Shown here: positions 51,200 through 64,000 of the stretch, in pieces | Position numbering within the stretch: the first letter of the stretch is position 1 | Layout: every line of letters begins with the position of its first letter | Assembly: GCA_951406725.2 (NCBI GenBank) | Contig: OX597834.1 | Coordinates: 33,232,001-33,296,000 of the forward strand | Origin: Octopus vulgaris | Taxonomy: Eukaryota | Length of the DNA: 64,000 bases | Direction of reading: 5' to 3' | Notes under the pieces: model-generated | Database searches by the model: none | The model's input: only the letters and a program-made list of their open reading frames with translations | What the model was told of the DNA's origin: nothing | Position numbers and translations under genes: made by a program

Positions 51200-52857
51200 T
51201 AGGTGTGTGTGCATGTGTTTGTGTATGTGTGTGCATGTGCATGTATGTGTGTGTGCATGTGCATGTATGTGAGTGTGTGCAAGTGCATTAGGCATATGCA
51301 TGTGAAAGTGCATTGTGCTTAGTTCGAATAGCTGCACAGACATAATCTACATTAGTTTGCAATATAGAGACAAACAGACAGACACAAATAGAAGGGGGAT
51401 GGGAAGTTTGTGTCAGATAAGAGGACAGGGAGTCTGCCGGGGGGGGGGGGACACAGACAGACACAACAGCAGAAACAACAGAAAAAAAAAAAAAAAACAC
51501 AGAGGACCAGGGTCCTCATAGTCTGAAGCCAGAGCATGTGAGGACAACAGCCCTGACACCCCTACATAGACATAACAAACAACTGACCCCATCAACCCCA
51601 TGTCATACATCCAGAGACCCTCTTGAGATGACTCAGCAACATTTGCTAAAGGGGTAAGTGACCTGCTAGAAATAACAGCTAAGTTTCTTAAACACACATA
51701 ATAATCTCAAAAAATAAAAGGAGTGGGGATAAATCACACTGGTTAATAAATATAGTGGTGGATAGTGTTCATGGAAACAAGAAGGATGGTCATGACTGGA
51801 AAGCCTTTCAGCCAAAGTCTGTTCAATTACAACAACCAAATACTCTCCGCAGGTTGGTCAACTTGCTAGAAATCCTCTCCACTATAGGCACAAGGCCTGA
51901 AATTTTAGGGAAAGGGTCCAGTTGATTACAACCGGTACTTATTTTACTGACCCCAAAAAGATGAAAGGCAAATTTGATGACCTCGGCCTGCAAGAAATAA
52001 CAGCCAAATAACTTGTGTGTATCTTTTACTTTTTCTTTCACTTATTTCAGTCATTAGACAATGGCCATGCTGGGGCACCACCTTGAAGACTTTATTTTTA
52101 GTTGAATGAATCGATCCTAGTATTAATTTTCTTTTTAAAGCCCGGTTCTTATTCTATCGGTCTCTTTTGCCAAACTGCTACATTACAGGGACATAAACAC
52201 CCCAACACTGGTTGTCAAGTGGTGGTCACACACACACACAACAGCTTTCAGTTTCGGTCAACTAATTCCTCTCACAAGGCTTTTTGGTCAGTCCAAGGTG
52301 TCACACATGGGCAGAACCCAGAACCATGTGACTGGGAAGCAAACATCTTACCACACAGCCACACACGTGCTTCCGTACAGTTTCCATCTATCAAATCCAT
52401 CCTGAGCCTACACAAAAAGACATCTTCTCAAGAAGCCCCTGTGCAGAGAACTGAACCCAAAAGCCACATGTTTGCAAAGCAAGCACCTTAACCCCACAGC
52501 CGTGCTGGCACTTCTCCATGACTGAAAAACCTTTGATCAGTCTTATGCTTCGTTAGGGTAAAAATTTGGGACTAAAAAGTAACAAGGCGCCAACACAAAC
52601 GTAACCACCACCACTGCCACCATCATGGATTCTTCTGTCACTACCAACATCACCACCACCACCACCGTCAACTCCGCCACAAGGGCTACCATTACCAAAA
52701 TAAGCCTTACTACAATTGCCTCAGTGGTTGTTCCATCCACTGCATATTACTCATACAATGGAATTGGCTCGGCTCACATTTCTTACAGTCTTGGGAACTG
52801 AATACAACTGGGTGAATGTGTGTCTGCTGATGACTATGTGTGTATGTGTATATATAA

Positions 52858-52929
<72 letters not shown>

Positions 52930-53025
52930 TATATATATATATATATACACAAACTCATATGCATATACACACATATGTACACATATATACATAGACACAC
53001 ATGTATACATGTATATATATGCATA

Positions 53026-53071
<46 letters not shown>

Positions 53072-53522
53072 CACAGTCATGCAATTGTGTGGTGCATGTG
53101 TATCACACACAGACACACACATGCACATATATGCATAATATACACACACATACATGATTGTGTGTGTGTGTGTGTATGTACAAGTGCATATGCATACATG
53201 AGTGTGTATGTATGCATAAATACACACTCTTACGACTTCACAAGTGGGAGAAGAATTGTGTGTGTGTGTGTGTGTGTGTGTGTACACTTGGAGGATGCTC
53301 TTAGTAAGATAATGAATATTTCAAGTTGAGAAACTCCTCAACATCATTTACTGCTCCAAAATATCTGAGAGAGAAACATTCTTCAGGTAAATCACCCAAT
53401 TAAGGATGTTCTTTACCTGAACAGGTTTTAACAGAGAAACACACTGAATCTCCTGCACAGCTTGAAGGAAGAGAACATCACACACACATACGCACACACA
53501 GCATAAATACCAGAGGAGTGTG

Positions 53523-53562
<40 letters not shown>

Positions 53563-54039
53563 CACACACACACATACACATGCACACACAAATATTAGGT
53601 GAGTATATAGATATCATCATCATCATCACCACTACCACCACCCTTGTTGTTTGACATACATTTTCCATGCTGGTATGGGTTGGATGGTTTGAGAGGAGCT
53701 GGCATGGTTGGGAGCTGTCCAGATTCCAGCCATCTGCTTTGGCATGGTTTCCTAGAGCTGGATGCCCTTCCTAGCGCCAACCACTTTGCAGAGTGTGTTG
53801 GGTGCTTTCCACGTGCTACTGGCACGGATGCGTCCATGCACCACTGGCACAAGTGTATTGTACGTGGCACCAACACTTGCAAAGGACATGCTTGTATGTA
53901 TGGAAGACCACGATTTTCCCTTAGCTTGATGCATCTTCTAAAGTGCAGCAAATCACCTCAACACCCAGTCACTTGTCATTTCCTCACACACACACACACA
54001 CACATACTTATACACACATGTTCACATATATATACAAAT

Positions 54040-54367
54040 ATGGATAATGACAGAGCTGATCTGGCATGCAAGGAAGATATTTCTGTAGCATCAGAAATCA
54101 GGATGGATTAAGAGTCTTGGAGTTCCATGACACAAAAGACAGTAGCTCCGGAGAACTGGCCAGTCACCCGATTCTCCGCCAATCAGCTAAGAGACAAGCT
54201 TTGGAAAAACAAGAAGAAAGGAAAAAGAATGGAGCAATATCAGGTTGGTAGAAGAGGTGCTAGAGATTAAGTGTATTCAACAAAAGAGGTTTGTTGACCA
54301 GGATCAGAAGTGTGAAGTGGTCTGAATGAAGGCCATGGTTGGGGAAAAAGTATGTATGGAAGATTGG
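54040..54367 (+). pseudogene. Heavily deleted RTE-like LINE endonuclease-region relic
   Basis: IRNQDGLRVLEF resembles the RTE endonuclease motif G.RN.EG..LLEF. No intact ORF. Confidence 0.45.
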
Positions 54368-56389
54368 AGCAAGCATGGCTGAGAGGTTAACTCTTTTGTT
54401 ACTGTATTTATTTTGAGAGGCTCTGTGTTTCTTTTAATTACTTTAAATAAAACGAAGAATTTAGTAAAATAACTTTGTTATCATTCAGCTAGTGTTAGGA
54501 AGATAAATTGTGACTAAGGTTTGGTGGAAGATTTTAATTCAAAACTTATGAAAACAAGACCAGCCGGGTTGCAGCCATGTGGATTCGGGTTCAGTCCCAC
54601 TGCATGGCATCTTGGGCAAGTGTCTTCTACTATAGCACCCAAGCCAACTAATGCTCTCCTGTCACAAATGCTGTTCAGTAAGCATGTTCTTAGTTCTTAG
54701 TTGGGAAGAGAGGATTCAAGTCAATGAACAATGACCTACAAGACTAATATCCAAGTAATATCGTCTGAAGATGAAGGGGTACCACAATGCATGTCACGTA
54801 CCAATGTTCAAGTTCTGCCGGACCACAGGGGAACTCACACCAGAGACCCCACCCCAAGTTCCTGTCATGCACTGTTAACAACGTCCATCAAGGGAGATAA
54901 CTATAAGAAAAAAAAACCCATTGAGCATCTTAGAACATCACACTCCCTGCTAGGTCAATCTGATGGAGCAGACCTTTGACCAAAGGCATTCTAACCATAA
55001 CCATCCCATTTCATTTCAGGCAAAATAATATCTCTTAAGTATGCCATGACCCCTAGGATTCATAAGGTTGGAGTTTAACCCAGTCCGCATGACATGTAAG
55101 CGACTATGATTACAACTCTCTGACCCCTGGATGGGATGCCAGTCTACTGTAGGGCTAACTCCCCCAGCTTATACTAGAATCCTCTTGCAGCCAACATGAA
55201 ATGAAGTGCCCTGCTCAAGAACATAATGCACTGCCTGGTCCATGAATTGAAACCATTACCTTACAATTGTCAGTGCGTGTGTGTGAGTATGCATACTTAT
55301 GCATAGGTGCATGTGCACGTGTGTATGCATTTGCATATCTATGCATGGACACATAAATATGTATGTAAATGCAGACTCATATATACACACACGCATACGA
55401 GACAAGAGAGCGGATCCACTCATTTCCAGGCTATCGTGGTGCCATCTGTTCCTATTGAGGTTGATGATGCGAAATGATGCCGCTTCCACTCCACCAACAC
55501 CCTTCAACCACCACCACTACCACCACCACCACCACCAACCCTGATACAAACACCTTCTCTCTCTCTCTCTCTCTCTGCATTCTTTGTCGTCTGAGCTGAC
55601 AGTAGTGTTGTGGTGATTGTGGTAATGATGGTGATGATGATGTTGATCTTGATAATACTGATGATGGTGGTGATGGCAGAGTAGTATGTAGTTTACAACC
55701 TGCCTCCCCTCCCACACCACTTACACTGTAGACATTCTCACTGCGATATGATGATGGTGGTGATGATGATGATGATGATGATCATGATGGCGGTGGTGGT
55801 GGTGGCTGTGGTGGTGAGTTCAGATCTGACACTGGCCTGGAAACATATATATTTGTGCGCTGCGACAGAGTGGGGTGGTGCACTACGTACGCATGAGACG
55901 AGACACATGAGATGGTGTGTGTGTGTGTGTGTGTGCATCTATGAGTGAGTTTGTGTGTGGTGTTGCTTTTGGCTTATACAATTTTTCTACACATTCCTAC
56001 ACAATAATATATATACATGTGTGTGACTTTATATGTGCATACATGTAATGTACACACACACACACACATATATATATACACATACATACACACACATTTA
56101 TATATAAACAAAAATATATCTAGCTATACAGATCAGCATCATTCACATGTCTGTGTATATGCATGTGTTTTATATATATGTATATATACGTATGTATGTA
56201 TATGCACACACATATATGTTTGCGTGTGTGTGTGTGTAAACTCATAGACACAGACATTATCTACATGCACACAGACACACGTCCATGAAACTTTGAAATC
56301 ACAGTGTCAACTTTTTAAAAATAAATAACTATTTGACCCTATGCCATGTATTGAGTCCTTTGTTTCTATTTCAGAAAAAACTCACATAT

Positions 56390-56629
56390 GTGTGTGTGTG
56401 TATATATATATATACATATATGTACATATATAAATATACATACATATATAGACATATATATACATAGACATATATATATATACATAGACATATATATATA
56501 TACATAGACATATATATATGCATACATATATAGATATACAAATATACATAGATGTATATATACATACATATATATATACATACATGTATACATACATATA
56601 TATACACACATGTATATATATATATATAT

Positions 56630-56660
<31 letters not shown>

Positions 56661-56919
56661 CATACATATATATATATATATATACATACATACATATATA
56701 TATATATATACATACATACATATATATATATATACATACATACATATATATATATATATACATACATACATATATATATATATATACATACATACATATA
56801 TATATATATACATACATACATACATATATATATATATACATACATACATACATACATATATATATATACATACATACATACATACATATATATATATATA
56901 TACATACATACATACATAT

Positions 56920-56952
<33 letters not shown>

Positions 56953-57051
56953 CATACATACATATATATATACATACATACATATATATACATACATACA
57001 TACATATATATATATACATACATACATATATATATATACATACACATATAT

Positions 57052-57082
<31 letters not shown>

Positions 57083-57200
57083 CATACACATATATATACA
57101 TACATACACACATATCTATATATGCATGCGTGTGTGTGTATATATATATATATCTACCAACTATTGTATGTATGTATATATATATATACACACACACACA
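56390..57200. repeat. Large compound (AT)n/(ATAC)n microsatellite, about 800 bp
   Basis: Directly visible. Other AT/AC tracts at 19645-19920, 30660-30915 and 52845-53070. Confidence 0.98.
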
Positions 57201-58044
57201 TACAAGCTCATAAATACACACACAATGTTTGTGTGTTTTGTCAAACATATACACCGTTGCATGTGTGTGTGTGTATGTGTGTGTACATGTGACTGTTTCT
57301 CTTTAAAGCTGTGTCAAAGATCATGGGAAAGTTGTACTACTTTAGGGAGCTCCACGTGCTGTTGCTGATGTAAGTATTGTGTGCGGCTGTGTGTGTGCAT
57401 GTCTATGGGTGTATAAGTGTGGATGTGTGACTGTGTGTGTGTGTGTTGGTGTAACTGTTTTTGTATATCTATATGTTTAATGCACAATGCGTATGTATAA
57501 AAAAAACTGCTGTGCGTGGCTGTGTGTGCATGTCTATGTGTGTATATGTGTGGATGTGTGAGCGTATGTTGGTGTGTAACTGTGTGATTGCATGTCAGTT
57601 TGTGAGTGTATGTTTATGTATGCGTATGTTTATGTGTGTGTATGTTGATGTAGCTGTCTATGCATGGCTGTGTGCATGGGTGTTGTGTGTGTTTATGAGT
57701 CTGTGCAGCGGTTATGTGTGTGTTTCAGTAACTGTAAGTGTGTGTGGCTGTTTGTGTGCATCTCTAACAAGCATGTGTGCGTGCCTGTATGTGTGTTTCT
57801 GTACACACTTTCTATGTTCCTCTGTAGTTCTTGTATCTCTGTATGTGTATACGTTTATGCCTAACATTGTCATTTGGTGTGTCTTTAACTGTGTGTGTGT
57901 GTGATTAATTCCACAACAATACCCTTACATGATTCCATGCATGTTTTTGTGTGTGTGTGTGTGTGTGTATTTGTAGTACATATGTGAGTGAAACATCCAT
58001 TTTAACTAAACTAGTACACAAACACACACACACATATATATATA

Positions 58045-58552
58045 AGGCTTCTTTCAGATTCTGTCTATCAAATTCACTCACAAGGCTTTTGTTCAGCCCA
58101 AGACTGTAGCAGAAGACACTTGTCCAAGGTACTACACAGTGCAATTGAACCTGAAACCATGTTGTTGGGAAGCAAGCTTCTTACCACACAGTCCCACTGC
58201 ATGGCATCTTGGGCAAGTGTCTTCTGCTACAGACTCAGGCCAAGCAAAGTCTTGGGAGTGGATTTGGTAGATGGAAACTGAAAGAAGCCCGTTGTGTGTA
58301 TATATATAAATTTTGATAAGTTTTGGCCAGTAGAGGCCCAGGCGATGTCTAACTTAATAGCAGTGTTTGTCTCCCCAATATTGCTTGACAACTGATGGTG
58401 TGTTTACGTCCCCATAACTTAGCAGTTCAGCAAAAGAGACCAATAGAATAAGTACTAGGCTTACAACGAATAAATCTTGGGGTTGATTTGCTGAACTAAA
58501 GGCGATGCTCCAGCATGACCGCAGTCAAAATGACTGAAACAAGTAAAAGAAT
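58045..58552. mobile_element. Head-to-head pair of SINE family A copies (58045-58190 minus; 58190-58552 plus)
   Basis: ggcttctttcag...ttaccacacag is immediately followed by tcccactgcatggc...gaaagaagcc and then the family A tail. Confidence 0.8.
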
Positions 58553-59638
58553 ATATAAGTACATATAGATACACACATACATATATATGCACACACACAC
58601 ACACACACACAAAGGCATACACTAAGGCAAAAAGAATCCCATGAGAAAAATCAACCAAGGGTGTGTATGAATCCCAACATTTCATTAGGAGCCCCACCCA
58701 TTCCCTTGTCACCAGGGACCCCAAATTACCTACTTAGATGGAACAAAGGCAACCCTTGAAATACACAAACAGCCCCAGCCTGCCTGTCACCCACACACCC
58801 ATCCACTTATAACAGGTGCTGTTAATTATAATCAACACTTAACAGGCAACATAACTGGACCCCTAAGTAGTTTATTGACAAACAAGGAACACAAGGGAAG
58901 CCTTAAGTACTCTATTGGCAAACAGGGTACAAACCCTCTTCAGACCCTAAACACAGCTAGTTAAATATTTATTTTCATTAGAGACCAGGCATTTTTGCTT
59001 TACTATTCTTTCTTTCTTTGGGGGGGGGACACTAAGTGGTGGTGGGGTGGTGGGAGCAGGTAGAGAGTTGTGTTCAATCAAGTATGACCTTCCTCAGGTG
59101 TTAGGGACAGGGTCCATCCAAACAGTGAACTCTTGGTTGGAATGACTTTTTTTTATTCTGGCATTAAAACAACAATAATAATAATCCTTTATATTATAGG
59201 CACAAAGCCTGAAATCTTGGTGGGAAGTGAGGGAGAGAATAAGATTAAATGGACCCAGGTGCTCAGCTGGTACTTATTTTATCAACCCCAATGGCATTTG
59301 AATTCAGAATGTAAAGTCAGGAGAGATGCCACTAAGCATTTTGTCCAGTGTGCTAACAGCTCTGCTGGTTCACCACCTTTCATATATAGATAAATAACAA
59401 TAATAATAATAATAATAATCCTTTCTACTACAGGTACAAGGCCTGAAATTTTTTGGGGAAGGAGGGAACTGTCAATTACATCGACCCCAATGTGTAACTG
59501 GTACTTATTTAATTGACCCTGAAAGGATGCAAGGCAAAGTTTACCTCAGCAGAATTCGAACTTTAAATGTAATGGTATAGACGAAATATTACTAAGCACT
59601 TCACATGGTGTGCTAATGATTCTGCCAACAGGCCACCC

Positions 59639-59695
<57 letters not shown>

Positions 59696-59704
59696 TAATA
59701 ATAA

Positions 59705-59965
59705 TAAATGCCCTGATGCAGTACCAGACAGTGGCTCTCATGGCTTCTGATCTTAACTGATTGGAAGTGCTATCCTGTACATTGTTTTGTCTTGGTATAA
59801 AAGATGGGCTACAGCAAATATTCTGCTCAATATCACAGATTTGCTTATCAATTGTTTGACCGTAACCAGTTGATCATGACCCTTAGTGGCTGATGATATG
59901 TGCATCTCTGATCATGAGCAGAAGTAGTGGGGGAGCATCATAGCCGTGTGCTGAGAGGAATTCTT
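59705..59965 (+). mobile_element. 5' part of the (AAT)n-associated interspersed repeat also seen at 14385-15112
   Basis: gtggctctcatggcttctgatcttaactga...aaagatgggctacagcaaatattctgctcaat, directly after an (AAT)n tract. Confidence 0.6.
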
Positions 59966-60784
59966 AGAGGTTTGGATGACACAGGAACATATACGCATCA
60001 TCACCATTGTCTATGCTGGCATGGGTCGGACGGTTTGACTGGGCTGGCATGCTGCGCCAGGATCCAGTCTGATTTGGTATGGTTTTCTACGGCTGGATGC
60101 CTTTCCTAGCACCAACCCTTCCAAGAGTGTATTCCATCTACCAAATCCACACACAAGTCCTTGGTCAGCCCGAGGCTATAGTAGAAGACAGTTGGACTGA
60201 ACCCGGAACCATAGGGAAGATATAAATCTGCTTGGAAACAGGTGAGGTTTGGCAACAGGAAGAGCATCTGGCCATAGAAAATCTGCATCAATGAATAATT
60301 CCACCTAACACATGCAAGCATAGAAAAGTGGATGTTAAAACAATAAAATGATGAGGGAGCCACCAAATAACCATTTGAAGTACTAGAAATAGCAGCCAAA
60401 TTTCTCTTGTTTCATCATCTTAGAAAGGGACACAATAGATAATGTGGTCTTGTGTTCCATGAGCATAGAAAAAGACAGGATGGTCACAACAGCTGGAATG
60501 TCTTTTGATTATAGGTCTGCTTCATCAGGACAAACCTGTGGTTAAATAACAATAACTAATGCTCTGTCACTAACAGCAGATTAACTCTCCCAGAATAAAA
60601 TGTGTGTTTGTGTGTGTGTTCATGTGTGTAAATACACAAATACCTATATATCTAAATATACACTCATACATGCATGTGTGTGTGTGTGTGTGTGAGTATA
60701 TACAAACACACACACATATATGTACACATATTCAAATACACAAACATGTTTACATAAACATCTAAATACACACCCATACACGTA

Positions 60785-61055
60785 TGTGTGTGTATTAGAA
60801 TGTGTGAAAATATGTGTACATGTGTATATGTATGTGTGTATGTATACACACACATATGTATGTGTGTGTATACATATACACACACATACATGTGTGTGTA
60901 TACATACACACATACATATACACATGTACACATATTTTCACACATGTATACACACACATATGTATGTGTGTGTATACATATACACACACATACATGTGTG
61001 TGTATACATACACACATACATATACACATGTACACATATTTTCACACATTCTAAT

Positions 61056-61064
<9 letters not shown>
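60785..61064. repeat. ~70-bp perfect inverted repeat enclosing a 104-bp tandem duplication
   Basis: 60785-60855 is the reverse complement of 60994-61064 and includes the non-dinucleotide core ttagaatgtgtgaaaatatg. 60840-60944 is repeated at 60944-61048. Confidence 0.85.
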
Positions 61065-61086
<22 letters not shown>

Positions 61087-62124
61087 CACACACACACATT
61101 TATATAATATATATACTATAATCTACCCTTTACACAAGCTCATACATATGCTCACATGCTTCTGTGTATATACATTGTCTCTGTGTGTGTGTGTGCATGT
61201 TAATTTTGCCCTTTACCATTCTGCTCTCTATCTCTCTTCCTTCCTTTCTCTCTATCTCTCTTCCTTTCTCTCTATCTCTCTCTCTCTCTCAAGCAGCAAC
61301 CTTACAGTTTCCCACCATAACACAATCCAAACTCATTTATAAACAGTAGACAGGGCAGAGGGTGGAGGTGGTGGTGAAATGGCAGACATACAAATTGATT
61401 AGAAAACTAACAGAACAGTTAGATGGGAGCATTGTGTGTTTGTTTGTGTGTGTGTGGTTGTAATTGCAACTGTATGTACATGCGTATGTATGCCTTGACG
61501 TTCCTGGGTGTGTAAGTAGTCTCCTCTATGTATGTGTATGCATGTGTATATGTATAGTTGTGTGTGTGCGTGTCCATATTTATGTATATAGGTCTTTGTA
61601 TTCTTCAGCGTGCTGGTCTGATCACAACTGTATGCATAGGAGCGTGCGTATGTGTGTGTATATATATATATATATTGGCATTCGTGTGTATATGTCTTTG
61701 CTATTTGTGCACTGGTATGGCCACAACTGTATGTATAAGTGCAGATATATGCATGCTCTGGCATTCTTGTGTATGCCAGTGGCATGTAAAAAGCACCCTT
61801 CCAGCTTCGGGGCTCATGGAGGCAATGACAATATGCTATGCTTGAAAAGACCTGTCAAGCCAGGTGAGATTGTAGTCACGGCCAATCCTAGTGTTTTGTA
61901 ACAGGCACTCTTGCTGGTAGCACATACAAAGCACCTACTACACTCTTGGAGTGGTTGGCATGAGGAAGGGCATCCAGCTGTAGAAACTCTGCCAGATCAG
62001 ACTGGAACGTGGTGCAACTCCCCAGCTTACCAGTTTCCAGTCAAATCGTCCAACCCATGCCAGCATGGAAAATGGGCATTAAATGACAATGATGATGATG
62101 TCTGCATATATCGCCGTGTTTTCT

Positions 62125-62530
62125 ATATATATTCTTTTATTCTTTTACTGTACCCATGCTGGAGCACTGCCTTAAAGGGGTTTTTTTAGTCGAAGAAATC
62201 ATCCCCAGGACTTATTCATTGTAAGCCTTATTCTATTGGGCCTTTTTGCCAAACCGCTAAGTTACAAAGATGTAAATACACCAACACCAGATGTCAAGCA
62301 GTGGTGGGGAGGGGGACAAACATAGACACAAAGACACACATAAATATATATATATACATACACATATACAACAGGCTTCTTTCAGTTTCTGTTGACCAAA
62401 TCCACTCACAAGGCTTTAGTCAGCCAGAGGCTATAGTACAAGACATCTGCCTAAGGTGCCACACAGTGAGACTGAGCCTGGAACAATATGGTTGGGAAGC
62501 AAGCTTCTTACCACACAGCCACACCATGCC
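62125..62530 (-). mobile_element. SINE family A, older copy
   Basis: catgctggagcactgcc...ggcttctttcagtttc...ttaccacacagccac. Similar copies at 15920-16295, 27610-27830, 28190-28520, 32755-32990 and 52035-52365. Confidence 0.75.
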
Positions 62531-64000
62531 TCTGTATGTAATGGCTCTGTATTCCTCTATTCCTTTATGCTGTTTATGTGTTCCAGCCCAAAGGCCATGG
62601 CCATGCTGGAGCACTACTCTTAAAAATACATGAAGCCTCATTGGGACCTCATGCACTTTTACGGCAATGCCCCATCAACTGCACGTGTGTGTAATCACAA
62701 TGTGTGCGTGTCCTCACATTCTACTGTGTGTATAAGTGTGTGCATGTATTTCTGTGTATGCGTTGGTGTGAGTGTGTGTGAATGCATTTGTGTATGTAAG
62801 CGTGTGTGTGTGAATGCATTTCTTTGTGTGTATGCGTTCCAGTGTACCTCTTGTGACGACTGCTCTGCTCTGTGTGCGTGTGACTGCTAATATGTTGCTG
62901 CATGGGTCTCTGCTTGTGTGTGTGTGTGTGTGTGCCTGTATGGATGTGTATATTTGTGTGCCTCTGTGTGTGTGTGTGCCTGTATGGATGTGTATATTTG
63001 TGTGCCTCTGTGTGTGTGTGTGTGTGTGTGTGCATATCCTGTCTGTGTGCATGGCAGAGATTACAAGTACATATTAGCATGCAACTTCCTCTCTCTGTAA
63101 GTGCAGGACTGAAAGAAAAAAACACTCAGAGTAAAAGGAGAGAGAGAGAGAACAAACAGGTAGAGGAAAACTAAACTAAGCAAGCAAGGGATAGAAGGAG
63201 AGGGAGAAAGAGAGGAAGGAGAGAGGAAGAGGAACAAGAGGAGATAAGAGGAGAGAGAGGGGGAGAAGAGAAGAAAAATAGAAGGGGGAAATAGAAAAAA
63301 ATTCAAGTTGAATGGCTTCCCGTCTCCCCCACCCCACCCCAACCACAAAACTGTTAAGAATGGAAGTTTGAGCCTTAAAGTTTTATTATTATTCTCCAGT
63401 GAAGCTTGACAACAAACCACCCTGAAGTGTAGGAGCAGAGTAGGGGTGAGGCTGCCATGGTGGTGGTGGTGGTGGTTGTGGAGATGTGTTCATAGACAAC
63501 CACAGGTAGACAAAATAGTTGCTTGACCTTTGACCATTGTGGTGGTTAGAATTACATTGAAATTAACCTCATCATGATAATGCCTGTGTTTGTTTGTGTA
63601 CATAAAAGCCCAAATATCCAGCTGCTGCCACAATCATCATTTTAACCCCTACTTTTCCAGGTTAGCATGGTTCAGAGGAAATTCATCAAAGCAAATTGTC
63701 TATGGCTGAATACTTTTCCTGTTGAATATTCTTCTCTTTCCACCTTGCCCCACCTCCAAACAAGGTAATATTTCTTCTAGTGCTTTGCACATAAACAGCA
63801 CAACAGCCAGACATGTTTTCACTGAAGATTGCAAAACAAAACAAAACAAAAAATACCATCATTTGTACGGCAGCGGCATTTATCTACAATTACTATGTGA
63901 TGTTAAGTTACAGAGTCAATCACATACACACAGACAAATACATACAACATGAATATCATCCTCACTTTAATACCCACCTCTCCGTGCATGCAGGGGTCAG

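Noticed and set aside
53348-53480. Minus-strand ORF tail DVLFLQAVQEIQCVSLLKPVQVKNILNW with CAG|GTAAAG
   Set aside because: No recognisable homology and weak splice signals; cannot be supported.

Overview
Eukaryotic, AT-rich DNA saturated with microsatellites and SINEs. The SINE families and repeat style strongly suggest an octopus or other coleoid cephalopod; this is an inference from pattern recognition, not a database hit. Almost all ORFs in the supplied track are translations of simple repeats or SINEs. The only host gene I can support is IMP3 (U3 snoRNP/SSU processome protein, S4 RNA-binding domain) on the minus strand. Four small exons (4649-4723, 2147-2226, 1483-1534, 300-372) splice in frame to YCLGFISSKLSLELANKVSASSFCRRRLPVMMVRCQMAENLKTATKFVEQGHIRVGPEVIKDPAFLLTRNMEDFLTWTDTSKIRKQVLEYNNL. 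The intron at 1535-2146 is a minor-spliceosome (U12-type) GT-AG intron. I could not find the 5' IMP3 exons, so 4724-64000 may be one intron of more than 59 kb. That region holds tRNA-derived SINEs, RTE-like LINE 3' ends, TTAA-flanked piggyBac-like MITEs, relics of mariner, hAT and Penelope elements, and three copies of a short Penelope-type repeat carrying a minimal hammerhead ribozyme motif. It also holds a local triplication with a 71-nt pre-miRNA-like hairpin and several inverted repeats that could form dsRNA. I found no convincing new multi-gene system. The best leads are the U12 intron architecture, the hammerhead repeats and the hairpin.
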